64,000 nucleotides of DNA from Vulcanimicrobiota bacterium (GTDB taxonomy: Bacteria; Vulcanimicrobiota; Vulcanimicrobiia; Vulcanimicrobiales; Vulcanimicrobiaceae): NCBI GenBank assembly GCA_963833095.1, contig CAWHWQ010000005.1:224001-288000 (forward strand). The letters are read 5' to 3'. The notes under the pieces were generated by a model, which saw nothing but the letters and a program-made list of their open reading frames with translations, was not told the DNA's origin and made no database searches. The position numbers were made by a program, and so were the translations under genes. Positions 41,133-52,202 of this stretch are shown piece by piece (position 1 is the first letter of the stretch; every line of letters starts with the position of its first letter).

Positions 41133-43285
41133 ATGGATCACTCGGCAGACGAACGCGAAGCCGCGCGGCGCCGCTCGGCGGAAGAGCTTTTGCGGGAGTT
41201 TGGCGAGCGAGCGCGCCTCGTCGTCTACGTCGCCGCGGCGCCGGGCGCCGGAAAGACACGGCGATTGCTGACCGACGCGCGCCGCTTGCAAGCGACGGGA
41301 AAGCGCGTCGCAATCGGCTGGATCGAAACCAAGGGTCGTCCCGATCTCGAACGTCTTTGCGAGGGAATCCCGCGCATTCCTCCGCGCGATGTGACGTTCG
41401 GCGCCAACCACTTCAAGGAATTCGATCTCGATGCTGCGCTCGACGCTCACCCGGATGTCATCCTCATGGACGAGCTTGCGCACGACAACCTTGGTGACGC
41501 GCGCAACGGCAAACGCTGGCAAGATGCGCTCGACCTGCGCGCGGCCGGTATTTCCGTGCTGGGCGCATTCAATATCTCGCATCTGGAGACGGTCTCGGCG
41601 ACTGCCGAACGGCTGATCGGCTATCCCGTCCGCGAGATCGTTCCGCTTTCATTCTTGAAGACCGCAGACGAAGTGATCGCACTCGACGCATCGCCCGAGA
41701 TCCTTCGCGAACGCCTGCAAAGCGGGATGATTGTTCGCGACGGAGATATCGCGCGCGCGCAAAGCGGCCTTTATAAAGAATCGACGCTGATCATGATGCG
41801 CGAGCTGCTGCTACGCACGATCGATCAGTTGACGATTCCGACCGTTTCGGCCGCGGTAACCTCGAGTGCTTTGACGATCGTTCCAAACGGTGTCGACTGC
41901 GAGCAGTTCGTTCGGCGCTGCGCGCCGCTCGCTGCCGCGCTCGATTTGGCGCTTGAACTTCTTCCCGACCCGGCGTGCGATCAAGCCGAGGTGGCTCGCG
42001 TCGGGGCCGAATTCAACGCCGAAGTGCTGCCAGCCGCTGGGCCGGAAAGCGTCGACTTTTCGAGTTATCGCGCCTCGCTGTTCATCCTGCCGCGAGGAAA
42101 GCTGGCTGCGCGCCTCGTCAATTCGCCGGTCGAGCGCGATATCGCGATTTTGGACACCGAACAGTCGTACATCGAGCGCACTGCGCTCACGACGCCGCTT
42201 TCCGGTACGCTGGGCGATCGGATGGGTGTCGGTTACGGCAAGCTCACGGTCTATCTCGGCGCGGCCGCCGGCGCGGAAAAACGTACGCGATGCTCGATCG
42301 CGGGCACCAACTGCGCAGCGAAGGCGTCGACATCGTAATCGGCTAGGTCGAAACACACAAGCGCGTCGAAACCGAAGCAATGATCGGCGACCTTCCGATC
42401 ATTCCACGCAAGGCAGTCCAGGCGGACGGCATCACCTAACCGAAATGGATCGCGAGGCGATCCTGGCGCGCAAGCCCGCGTAGTGCTGGTCGACGAACTC
42501 GCGCATACCAACGAGCCCGGCTCCCTCGCCCCCAAACGCTTCCTCGACGTGCTCGCGTTTTTGCGCGCGGGCATCGACGTGATCACGACGCTCAACATTC
42601 AGCATTTGGAGGCGCTCGAGCGACGCGGTCTATCGTTTGACCGGAACGCTCGTACGTGAAACGTTGCCCGACGGCATCCTGCCGCTGGCCGACGAGGTGA
42701 TTCTCATCGACGTTTCGCCGGAGACGTTGCGCGAACGTCTGCGCGCCGGCAAGATCTATCCGCGAGAGCGCATCGAGCCGGCGCTGGCAAATTTCTTTCG
42801 CACCGAGAACCTCGCAGCGTTGCGCGAACTCGCGATTCGCGAAGTATTGCGCGCCGAGACGCGCGAGCGCATCGCTGCGCCGTTCGAGCGCATTTTGCTC
42901 TCGGTCGTCGGACGCCGCGAAGACTTGCTGCTGCTCGAAGGCGCGCGGATGGCTGCGCGTCTCGAAGTCGATTTCGCGGTCGCTCACATCGCCGAGCGCG
43001 TGACCGGGTCGAAGAAACGATCCTAGTGGAGTTCGAGCGCGCGACGCCGTGTGCTCAACGTCGATTGGATAGACGAGCGCAACGTGGATGACGCGGCGAC
43101 GCGCCTCCTCGCGGATCGCGCGCTCGCGCTCCCGAAACCGGATCGCGATCGGTGGCACGCATCGTAAGCCCCGCTGGCCGGCACGCAACTCCTTCGCGCG
43201 CCGTTTGCTCGATGCAGGCGCGCGCGAGCTGCTCGTGCTCGCGCGTCCGAAGGCGATCGTCGAAACCCCCGCCGAAGACGCCTAA
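41133..43285 (+). CDS. kdpD: Kinase-less KdpD-like protein: two KdpD N-terminal domains plus USP-like region (frameshifts in the 3' half)
   Basis: [15 protein letters not shown]...DELAHDN...KRWQD, and a second copy [18 protein letters not shown]...DELAHTN...[14 protein letters not shown]. Confidence 0.82.
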
Positions 43286-43876
43286 TGCAGGCGTCGAGCG
43301 CCAGGTTGAGCTCGAGCACGTTGACACGGGGCTCGCCGAGAAACCCGAAGGTGCGCGACTCAACCAGGCGTGCAATCAACGCGTTCACGGTCGCGACTGG
43401 AATGTTGCGCGCCTTGGCGACCCGCGGGGCCTGATAGTATGCGCCCTCGGGCCTGATGTCGGGATCGATGCCGCTCGCGCTCGAGGTCACGAGGTCCATC
43501 GGAACGGCACCGTTTGCGTCGGGGTTGGCCTTCTTCAGCGCGGCGATCGTCGCTTTGGTCGCGTCGATCAGCTTCTTCGATGTCGGCCCGAGGTTGGGCC
43601 GCCGGTCGAGGTCGGATCGTAGCCTCTTCCCGGCGGCCGACGGCCGGCCCTGGAAGTACTGCGGTTTCGTCCAGAGTTGGCCGATGATCGCTGAGCCGAC
43701 TGACTTTCCCGTTGACGTGACCAACGAGCCGTTCGCCTGGTCGGGAAGAAGCTGCGCGATGCCGGTCATCACGAGCGGATAGATCGAGCCGAGCGCGATC
43801 ACGGTCACGATCGTGAAGATCACCGACGTGACGAGATGCTGAGCGTATTGTCTGTGATTTGCTATGCTTTTGCCAT
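43282..43876 (-). CDS. kdpC: K+-transporting ATPase subunit C (frameshifted)
   Basis: [27 protein letters not shown] and [16 protein letters not shown] motifs. Confidence 0.92.
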
Positions 43877-43887
43877 GATGCGTTACC

Positions 43888-45935
43888 TTACGTGAGATGG
43901 AGCGCCGCAGGATCATGTCGATGAGCTTGATGCCGATGAAGGGCACGATGATGCCGCCGACGCCGTAGATCAGCACGTTCTCCCGCAGGACCGCGTTCGC
44001 GCCGCGCGGCCGGTAGGCGACGCCGCGCAGGGCGAGCGGAATGAGCGCGATGATGATGAGCGCGTTGAAGATGACCGCCGAGAGGATCGCGCTCTGCGGC
44101 GTCGACGAGCCGCATGACGTTCAACGCGTTCATCGCCGGATAGGCGGTCGCGAACATCGCCGGGAGAATGGCGAAGTACTTCGCAACGTCGTTGGCGATC
44201 GAGAACGTCGTCAGCGCGCCGCGGGTCATCAGCAGCTGCTTGCCGATCTCGACGACCTCGATGAGCTTCGTCGGATCGGAATCGAGGTCGACCATGTTGC
44301 CGGCCTCTTTGGCCGCCTGCGTGCCGGAGTTCATCGCGACGCCGACGTCGGCTTGGGCGAGCGCCGGCGCGTCGTTCGTGCCGTCGCCGGTCATCGCGAC
44401 GAGCCGGCCCGAGGCCTGCTCGCGCTTGATGAGCGCCATCTTCGTCTCGGGCGTTGCCTCGGCGAGGAAGTCGTCGACGCCCGACTCGCCCGCGATCGCC
44501 GCCGCGGTCAGCGGATTGTCGCCGGTGATCATCACCGTGCGGATGCCCATCGCGCGCAAGCGGTCGAAGCGCACTTTCATGTTCGGCTTGAGGATGTCTT
44601 TGAGGTAGATGACGCCCAGGATTTGCGCGTTGCGCGCGAGCAGCAGCGGCGTGCCGCCGGCGCGCGCGATCCGTTCGACCTGCTGCGCAAGGCCGTCGAC
44701 AGGCTTGCCGCCTTGCTCGCGTACCCACGCCGGACCGCATCCGGTGCGCCTTTGCGGAATCTTGGCTCCGTCGGCGAGATCGAGCCCGCTCATGCGCGTG
44801 TACGCGCTGAACGGCACGAACGTCGCGCCGGCGGGCTCCGCGTCGTTGATACCGTTGGATTGCGCAAGCGTCACGATCGAGCGGCCCTCGGGCGTCTCGT
44901 CGGGCAGCGAGGGAGATAGGCGACGCTGTACGCGTCAAGCGACGCGACGCCGTCGGCGGCGATGAACTCGCTCGCTTGGCGGTTGCCGAGCGTGATCGTT
45001 CCGGTCTTGTCGAGCAGCAACGTATCGACATCGCCGGCGGCTTCGACCGCGCGGCCGCTCATCGCGAGCACGTTGCGTTGCATCACGCGGTCCATGCCGG
45101 CGATGCCGATCGCCGAGAGCAGTCCGCCGATCGTCGTCGGAATGAGACACACGAGCAGCGCGATCAGGACCGTAACGATGAGGTGTTGGCCCGCGTACAT
45201 GGAAAACGGCGAGAGTGTCGCCACGGCGATCAAGAAGATGATCGTCAAGCCGGCGAGCAGGATCGAGAGCGCGATTTCGTTGGGCGTCTTCTTCCGCGGC
45301 GCGCCCTCGACCAGGCCGATCATGCGATCGAGGAACGATTCGCCCGGGTTCGCCGTGATGCGAATGTCGATTTGATCCGAGAGCACGCGCGTACCGCCGG
45401 TGACCGCGCTGCGGTCGCCGCCGGCCTCGCGAATGACGGGCGCCGACTCGCCGGTGATCGCCGATTCGTCGACCATCGCGGCGCCATGCGACACGTCGCC
45501 GTCGCCCGGGATCAGCTCGCCGGCCGCTACGCGCACCACGTCGCCCTTGCGCAGATTGCTCGACGGGACGCTTTCGACGCCATCGCCGACGACCAGTTTG
45601 GCCAGCGTTTCGGTCCGCGTCTTGCGCAGCGCGTCGGCTTGCGCCTTGCCGCGCCCTTCGGCCACGGCTTCGGCGAAGTTTGCGAAGAGCACCGTGAACC
45701 ACAGCCAGATCGAAATCGCGAAATCGAATCCGGCCGGCCCGTGACTAGCAAGGTCGCGCACGAAGAAGAGCAGGGTGACGAGCGCGCCGACTTCGCAGAC
45801 GAACATGACCGGATTGCGAAACTGCCAGCGCGGATCGAGTTTCGTGAACGAGTCGACCACCGCTCGGCCGAGAATTTCTCCGTCGAACAGGGAGCGTGCT
45901 TTCGGGCGACGCTCGATCCGTCGTTGCGAGATCAT
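43888..45935 (-). CDS. kdpB: K+-transporting ATPase subunit B (frameshifted)
   Basis: TGESAPV, DKTGTIT, MITGDN and [12 protein letters not shown] motifs. Confidence 0.95.
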
Positions 45936-45936
45936 G

Positions 45937-47637
45937 TTAAAACGTTTTTCCTTGCAGATTGAGCAGATGTTCGACGATCGGTCCGAGCGCGTCGGCCGGG
46001 AAAAAGACTAGGGCTCCGACGATAAGGATCGTTCCGATCAGGAGTGCGACGAAGATCGGCGAATAGGTCGTAAACGTGCCTGCGGATTCCGCCACGGCTT
46101 TCTTTCCGGCGAGAATGCCCGCAAGAGCAAGCAGCGGCACAATTTCCGCATAACGCGAAAAGAACATATCGACACCCATCGTGAGGTTGTAGAACAAGTT
46201 GGGCCCGAGCCCGGCAAATGCGCTTCCGTTATTGCCGTTGGCGGACGAGAACGCGTACAGGATCTCGGAGAATCCATGCGGCCCCGCATTGCTCAGGGTC
46301 GCAAGACCAACCGGCGTAATCGCAGCAATAGCGGTCGGCACCAAGACCAGCACCGGTGTCACGATGATGAAGAGGATCGCGAGCTGCACTTCTTTGCGCT
46401 CGATTTTCTTGCCAAGGTATTCCGGCGTGCGGCCAACCATGAGCCCCGCAATAAACACGGTGATCACGACGAAGACCAGCTTGCCGTAGATACCGCTGCC
46501 GACACCGCCGAAGATAATCTCGCCAAGCTGCATGTTTACCATCGGAATGAGGCCACCCAGCGCCGTAAACGAGTCGTGCATGGCGTTGACCGCACCGCAC
46601 GACGTCGCCGTCGTCGACACGGCCCAGAGCGCGGAGGCCACGATGCCGAATCGCACCTCCTTGCCCTCCATGTTTCCGCCGAGCACGCCGAGCTGATGGA
46701 TGAGTGGATTTCCCGCAGCTTCGGCCCAGTAGGCGATCCACACTCCGCCGACCCACATGATCGACATCGCGACGAACAGCGCCCAGCCTTGACGTTGATC
46801 CTTGACCATCCGCCCGAACGTATACGTCAGCGCGGCGGCAATAATGATGAACAGCCACATCTCGAAGAGATCGCTCAACGGCGTGGGGTTCTCGTTCGGC
46901 GAGGACGAGTTCTGACCGACGAAGCCGCCGCCGTTGGTGCCGAGCTCTTTAATCGCTTCTTGCGAAGCCATCGGGCCGCCGGTGATCTGTTGCTTGAAGC
47001 CTTCCAGCGAGACGACGTTCTGGTAGGGGTGGAAATTCTGCGGCACACCGGTGTAGACGAGCACGAGACCCGCAACGATCGAGATCGGCAGGAGCACGTA
47101 GAGACACGCGCGTGTCAGGTCGGCCCAGAAGTTGCCCAGCGTCTTCGCACTCGTCCGCGCAAGTCCGCGAATAAAGGCGATCGCGACTGCGATGCCCAGA
47201 CCTGCGGAAATAAAGTTATGCCACGCAAGACCCATCATCTGTGAAAGGTAGCTCAGCGTGTTTTCGCCCGAATAGAACTGCCAGTTCGTGTTGGTAACGA
47301 AGCTGATCGCCGTATTGAACGCGAGATCGGGCGACATCGGACCGAAGCCTTGCGGATTGAGCGGTAGCCACTGTTGCGTGCGCAGTAAGATGTAAAGGTA
47401 CGCGAACCCGACGAAGGTGAACCCCAGCACCGCAAAGAGGTACGTATACCACGTCATCTCCGCGTTCGGGTCGATCCGGCACAGGCGATAAATCGCGTTC
47501 TCGACCGGGCCGAGGACCGGCGTAAGGAAGGTGCGCTCGCCCGCAAAGACCTTCGCCATGAATGCGCCAAGCGGCTTGACGCAGACGAGGACCAGGACAA
47601 AAAGGACAGCGATTTGCAGCCAACCGATGGCGGTCAT
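45937..47637 (-). CDS. kdpA: K+-transporting ATPase subunit A
   Basis: [17 protein letters not shown] and NNGSAFAGL motifs. Confidence 0.97.
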   Translation of the reverse strand: MTAIGWLQIAVLFVLVLVCVKPLGAFMAKVFAGERTFLTPVLGPVENAIYRLCRIDPNAEMTWYTYLFAVLGFTFVGFAYLYILLRTQQWLPLNPQGFGPMSPDLAFNTAISFVTNTNWQFYSGENTLSYLSQMMGLAWHNFISAGLGIAVAIAFIRGLARTSAKTLGNFWADLTRACLYVLLPISIVAGLVLVYTGVPQNFHPYQNVVSLEGFKQQITGGPMASQEAIKELGTNGGGFVGQNSSSPNENPTPLSDLFEMWLFIIIAAALTYTFGRMVKDQRQGWALFVAMSIMWVGGVWIAYWAEAAGNPLIHQLGVLGGNMEGKEVRFGIVASALWAVSTTATSCGAVNAMHDSFTALGGLIPMVNMQLGEIIFGGVGSGIYGKLVFVVITVFIAGLMVGRTPEYLGKKIERKEVQLAILFIIVTPVLVLVPTAIAAITPVGLATLSNAGPHGFSEILYAFSSANGNNGSAFAGLGPNLFYNLTMGVDMFFSRYAEIVPLLALAGILAGKKAVAESAGTFTTYSPIFVALLIGTILIVGALVFFPADALGPIVEHLLNLQGKTF

Positions 47638-47646
47638 GATCTGCTC

Positions 47647-47736
47647 CTAAAACTTCTCTGGGCGAAGCATCGCATACGTGCAGTATACGAGGCCGGCAAG
47701 GGTCAAGATGAGGCCGAGGATATCGTCGAATTGCAT
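47647..47736 (-). CDS. kdpF: K+-transporting ATPase subunit F
   Basis: Manual translation MQFDDILGLILTLAGLVYCTYAMLRPEKF with the KdpF PEKF C-terminus; directly upstream of kdpA. Confidence 0.9.
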   Translation of the reverse strand: MQFDDILGLILTLAGLVYCTYAMLRPEKF

Positions 47737-47740
47737 GATT

Positions 47741-47824
47741 CTATACCTTGTCGCAGCCTATGACGTATCGATCCATCAGTACAAAACACACGATCGACAG
47801 AATAACGATTGCCGCTTCCAACAT
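47741..47824 (-). CDS. 27-aa hydrophobic peptide upstream of kdpF
   Basis: MLEAAIVILSIVCFVLMDRYVIGCDKV; its ATG overlaps the porin stop (TGATG) and its stop is 4 nt before kdpF. Confidence 0.7.
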   Translation of the reverse strand: MLEAAIVILSIVCFVLMDRYVIGCDKV

Positions 47825-48861
47825 CAGAATTGAACTCCAAGTTCGCCGAGAAACCGCGATTGATTAAACGAGCCGCTCATGAGCGAGTACTCGCCACGCG
47901 CGAAGAACGGTCCGGGGTGATATTCAGGCGTGATCGTCCAGGTCGTCGCGCGGCTTCCCGGCCCGTAGCCGACCAGATCCGCGTTGAGCGAGGTATCCGA
48001 CGCCGCACTGTGGTTGGCAAACGACTCGAAGCGCCCACCGAGTGAATAGACACCGTTAAAGGCGTAGTTGGCGAGCACGACAGCGCCTAGCGCGCTTTCG
48101 CTATTGCTGTACCCGAGCGTAGCTGATGCGGGCGATTGGATGTAGAGCACGTACGGCTCGAGCTGCAGTTTGCCAAACTCTTGCGTGAGCATAAAATCAA
48201 ACTCACGCTTGTTAGCCACAGCGGCGGTCACGTTCGGCGGCGTATTCGCACCCGGAACGATGAACGCGAACGACCAATTCGTATTAGAAGCCGGCGCCCA
48301 TCCGGCCAGACCCTCGACGGCGCGTCCGGTATCGCCAGAGTAATAGCCGTCGTCGTACTCCAGATCGCCCGAGATCTTGCCGTTGGTGTACGCCAAACGC
48401 GCGCCGCGGCTGTAGGTCGGCTCCGCGGCCCACACGAGCCCGCGTTGAATGTTGAAATTCTGGAACGTAAAGCCGTTCTCTTGACCGAGCAGCGTCGCAA
48501 GTTGACCCGCGCTGACCGTCACGTTGCCGTTTGGAACGTACGCGAGATCGTACGCCGGCACATATCCGTAAAGCGATGTGTTCGCGCTTTGCTGCGTCGT
48601 CGGCAGCAGCGTTTGACCGACCACCGGAAACGCATAGGGGCCGACCGTCACGCTGCCTTGCAACAGGCCGGTGTTCTTCGAAAACGTCAAAAGTGCATTA
48701 CTCAAATCGGTCGTACTCTTGAAGTCGCTATAGAGCGAGAAAGCGCCATGAAGTGAATAGAGCGGCGTGGGCGTCGGACGCGCTGTCGGTACTGGACTCG
48801 GGCTGACGCTAGGTGAGGGTGAGGCAGCGACGATCGTTGCCAGAACGAGGGCCTGGAACAT
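47824..48861 (-). CDS. Outer-membrane beta-barrel / putative porin heading the kdp operon
   Basis: Signal peptide, alternating aromatic beta-strands and terminal Phe (ELGVQF). Confidence 0.75.
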   Translation of the reverse strand: MFQALVLATIVAASPSPSVSPSPVPTARPTPTPLYSLHGAFSLYSDFKSTTDLSNALLTFSKNTGLLQGSVTVGPYAFPVVGQTLLPTTQQSANTSLYGYVPAYDLAYVPNGNVTVSAGQLATLLGQENGFTFQNFNIQRGLVWAAEPTYSRGARLAYTNGKISGDLEYDDGYYSGDTGRAVEGLAGWAPASNTNWSFAFIVPGANTPPNVTAAVANKREFDFMLTQEFGKLQLEPYVLYIQSPASATLGYSNSESALGAVVLANYAFNGVYSLGGRFESFANHSAASDTSLNADLVGYGPGSRATTWTITPEYHPGPFFARGEYSLMSGSFNQSRFLGELGVQF

Positions 48862-48900
48862 CGCTGGTAGCGTATCGCAGGCGAGCGGACGTGCCCAGCC

Positions 48901-48923
48901 TCCGAACGGATAGTCCGTTCGGA
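48901..48923. promoter_or_regulatory. Perfect inverted repeat upstream of the porin-kdp operon (candidate operator)
   Basis: TCCGAACGGA-TAG-TCCGTTCGGA with no U tract; a -10-like TACGCT lies 7 nt before ATG 48861. Confidence 0.5.
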
Positions 48924-48930
48924 TGAACCG

Positions 48931-50025
48931 TTACCGCCGCGAGCGCGCGGCTCGGGCCACGACGGGCGGCACGGTAAGCCCCGATGAGATGATCGTCGCA
49001 AGCGCGACGGCGAACGTTGCGGCGATGATCGTTTCGCGCTGCGGCACTTCGGGAGGCAACGCTATTGCCAGCGCGAGCGAAAGCGCTCCGCGCATCCCGG
49101 CGACGCGGATGACGTCGAGCCATTCACGCGGGTAGCCCGAAGGCAGCAGCAGGCCGGCGACCGCAAAACGCGCCACCAGGACGCCGGCCAACGTCGCGAT
49201 CACGAAGGCCGGGTCGCGAGCAATGATCGCGACGTTCAACGCCGCTCCGACGAGAAAGAAGACCAGCGCGTTGGCGACCAAAGCGGCCACGTCCCAGAAC
49301 CGGTTGACGTCGTCGGCGACACGCAGACTAATCCAGCGCCGCTCGAACGAGCGCAGCGCGATGCCGCAAGCAATCGTGGCAAAGATGCCCGAACACTCGA
49401 GCCGGTCGGCCGCAAAGTAAGAAACGTACGCGCACAAACCCGTTGCGATAATCTGCAACGTGTCGTTGCTGCGGTTTCGAATGGCGGCCGCCGCGAGAAA
49501 CGCAACCGCGATGCCGATCGCGATACCGCCTCCGACGCCCAGGATCGCGCCGGCGCTGATTCTCGCCACGCCGGCGGCGTCGACGGATCCGGCGAGCACC
49601 GCGACCAGCACTGCGCGGTAGAGAGCCACGGCGACTGCGTCATTGAAAAGTGACTCGCATTCGACGATTGTGCTGAGCAACGCCGGTACGCGCATGCGGC
49701 GGAAGATCGCGACCACCGCGATCGGGTCGGTCGCCGAAAGGATCGCGCCGGCGAGCAAGCCGGTGCGCAGTGGAACCCCCACGACGGCGAGGGCTCCGGC
49801 GATGAGCAGCGCCGTCAACAGCACGCCTGGAACGGCGAGCACGGCAATGGCGCGCCATGCGCGGATCATCGCGCGATAGCGGAGATTCCACGCCGCCTCA
49901 AACAACAACGCCGGCAGCAAGACGTAGAGCGTCGCATGCCCGAACGCGTAGGTTAGTCGTCCGGGTTCAATCTCGCCATAAGCGACACCGGCCAGCACCA
50001 GTACGACGATATGCCAGAGCTTCAA
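48931..50025 (-). CDS. CPA1-family cation:proton antiporter
   Basis: LPALLFEAA, SATDPIAV, ESLFNDA and GMRGALSLALA motifs. Confidence 0.92.
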   Translation of the reverse strand: MKLWHIVVLVLAGVAYGEIEPGRLTYAFGHATLYVLLPALLFEAAWNLRYRAMIRAWRAIAVLAVPGVLLTALLIAGALAVVGVPLRTGLLAGAILSATDPIAVVAIFRRMRVPALLSTIVECESLFNDAVAVALYRAVLVAVLAGSVDAAGVARISAGAILGVGGGIAIGIAVAFLAAAAIRNRSNDTLQIIATGLCAYVSYFAADRLECSGIFATIACGIALRSFERRWISLRVADDVNRFWDVAALVANALVFFLVGAALNVAIIARDPAFVIATLAGVLVARFAVAGLLLPSGYPREWLDVIRVAGMRGALSLALAIALPPEVPQRETIIAATFAVALATIISSGLTVPPVVARAARSRR

Positions 50026-51230
50026 TGGGTGTGGGTAAAGTTGCCGACGGCAACGTGCAGATGCCGAATCATTCCGATTGTGGCGCGCATGCCGATCGCG
50101 TTATGCGGGCGACCCACCGTATCGAAATACCACTCGGGATCGATGTTGAGCGTGCGCGTCTGAATCATCGCGACCGGCGTTTGCGCGAGGAACGCCTGCA
50201 TTGCGCTAACCTCGTCCTCGTCGTCGGTGACGCCCGGGTGCGTGAGGAGGTTCAGACTGACACGCAAACCGCGCCGCACGGCTAGACGGATCGATTCGAA
50301 GACGTCGTCGAGCGTATACCCGATCGGGCGATAGTACGCAGCATAGACGTGCGGGCGAAACGAATTGAGGCTGATCCTCACCGCCGCAAGGCCCGCGTCG
50401 ATGCAGCGCTCGAGCGCGCTTGGCATACTGCCGTTCGTATTCAGATTGATCGTGCCGTTCGGAAGCGCCTCGCGTATCCGTTCGGTCGCCGAGGCAATCG
50501 CGATCGAGCGCAGCAGTGGTTCGCCTTCGCACCCTTGTCCGAATGAGACGATGCCGTCCTCTACCCGTTCCAAATGATGGATCGCGATGCGCGCAAGCTC
50601 ATCGGCAGTGGTTTCATAGCTAATCCGTGTCTGTGGCGAAGGAAGACCCGCATCCGGTTCCTGCTCGGATATGCAGCCGACGCAGCGCGCATTGCATTTG
50701 GGTGAAACCGGAAGCGCCGCTTCGCCCCGCTCGAGAAACACATTCTGCGCGGTGAAGCAACCGTATTCGCGCGAGCAGAGGGCGACTTGTGCGAGCACTT
50801 GATTGCCCGGATCGAGGCGCATGCGCCGCTCGAGAATCACCTCCAGTTCGCCCGGGCCGAATGTGCGCGGCTGCCAGTCCTCGCTCTCATCGGTTCGCAT
50901 CGCGGCAACGTAGAGTTCATCATCCACCACGCAGGCGAACGTGTAGCCGAAGAGCGGCAGCGTCGGCGCGTCTTCTTCTCTGTCGTATGCGGGAACGAGC
51001 AGACGCGTATACCCTGCCGGCAGCATCACGGCAAGCGCGTAGCGCCCGCGCGTTGCTCCCCAAGTGCTGCGCGCACGGCGGCCGGGAAGGATCATCTGGA
51101 CCGTTCCGGGAGGCGCGGGAATCAATTCATCCCTGTGCGCTTCGCGAATAAGACCGCCGTCGGCCAGCGGCGTCCGCGTTTCGTCGTAATAGATGCGTCC
51201 GGCACGATCGCAATAGGCGAGACCGATCAT
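50022..51230 (-). CDS. Radical SAM protein of unknown function
   Basis: CNARCVGC motif, SFGQGCEGEP and NTNGS. Confidence 0.9.
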   Translation of the reverse strand: MIGLAYCDRAGRIYYDETRTPLADGGLIREAHRDELIPAPPGTVQMILPGRRARSTWGATRGRYALAVMLPAGYTRLLVPAYDREEDAPTLPLFGYTFACVVDDELYVAAMRTDESEDWQPRTFGPGELEVILERRMRLDPGNQVLAQVALCSREYGCFTAQNVFLERGEAALPVSPKCNARCVGCISEQEPDAGLPSPQTRISYETTADELARIAIHHLERVEDGIVSFGQGCEGEPLLRSIAIASATERIREALPNGTINLNTNGSMPSALERCIDAGLAAVRISLNSFRPHVYAAYYRPIGYTLDDVFESIRLAVRRGLRVSLNLLTHPGVTDDEDEVSAMQAFLAQTPVAMIQTRTLNIDPEWYFDTVGRPHNAIGMRATIGMIRHLHVAVGNFTHTH

Positions 51231-51991
51231 ATCGTCGTGTCGAAAACGTGCACCGCCGGCCCGGTCATGAACGCGTGTCCGCTTCCATCCCATTCAATCG
51301 TCAATTCACCGCCCGGAACGCGCACCGTTACCGGGCTCGAAACATCACCACGGGTGATCGCGGCGACGGCACTCGCGACCGCGCCGGTTCCGCAGGCCAT
51401 CGTCAAGCCGGCACCACGTTCGTAGTGACGCACACGCAACGCCGAAGGGCCTTCGACCTCAGCCAAGTGCACGTTGATCCCATCCGGGTACCGGCGATCG
51501 CCTTTTGTTGCTTCACCGAGCGCCCACAGGTCGAAGCTATCGATCTCCTCGCGGAACAGCACCAAGTGCCGATTTCCGGTTTCGACGATTGCACTGTTTG
51601 GCTCGCTTTCGTTCACGCTGATGACGCGCGGCCGGCCCATATTGACTCGCACGCGATACACATCGCCACGCTCGATGACGTCAGTGTGAATGATTCCGGC
51701 GAGGGTATCGACGTCGAACTGCCCACCCTCTCCCCGTTCATCGAGGTAGCGGGCCACGCAGCGTACGCCATTACCGCACATCTCGGCTTCGCTGCCGTCC
51801 GAGTTGATCACACGCATCGAGACCGGCGCGCGGTCGGACGTGCCCAACACTAGGACACCGTCGGCGCCGATTCCAGAATGGCGGTCGCACCAGCGCAACG
51901 CAAATGCGCGAACGTTGTCGACGGGTTTCGTGCGCGCATCGAGGACGATGAAGTCGTTGCGCGCTCCGTGGTACTTATTGACCGTTCTCAT
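51227..51991 (-). CDS. dapF: Diaminopimelate epimerase
   Basis: [15 protein letters not shown] and [13 protein letters not shown] motifs. Confidence 0.95.
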   Translation of the reverse strand: MRTVNKYHGARNDFIVLDARTKPVDNVRAFALRWCDRHSGIGADGVLVLGTSDRAPVSMRVINSDGSEAEMCGNGVRCVARYLDERGEGGQFDVDTLAGIIHTDVIERGDVYRVRVNMGRPRVISVNESEPNSAIVETGNRHLVLFREEIDSFDLWALGEATKGDRRYPDGINVHLAEVEGPSALRVRHYERGAGLTMACGTGAVASAVAAITRGDVSSPVTVRVPGGELTIEWDGSGHAFMTGPAVHVFDTTI

Positions 51992-52199
51992 TGAACGCGA
52001 CCGGCTCCGCGGGAGAAATCGTCGAGATCGCGTGCTTGTAAATCAAATGCGTCTTCCCCTCGTATTCCAACAGCACCGTAAAGGGGTCGAAGCCTTTGAC
52101 GGTTCCACGCAATTGAAATCCGTTCATGAGGTAAACGGTTACGGCGGTACTGCCGCGTCGGCATTCCGCGAGAAAGCCGTCTTGAAGACTGCCGGGCAT
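51975..52199 (-). CDS. hfq: RNA chaperone Hfq
   Basis: LQDGFL...[13 protein letters not shown]...[10 protein letters not shown] motif. Confidence 0.96.
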   Translation of the reverse strand: MPGSLQDGFLAECRRGSTAVTVYLMNGFQLRGTVKGFDPFTVLLEYEGKTHLIYKHAISTISPAEPVAFNENGQ

Positions 52200-52202
52200 G
52201 AC

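Noticed and set aside
48862..48930. c-di-AMP (ydaO) riboswitch ahead of kdp
   Set aside because: The gap is only about 70 bp and lacks the aptamer motifs.
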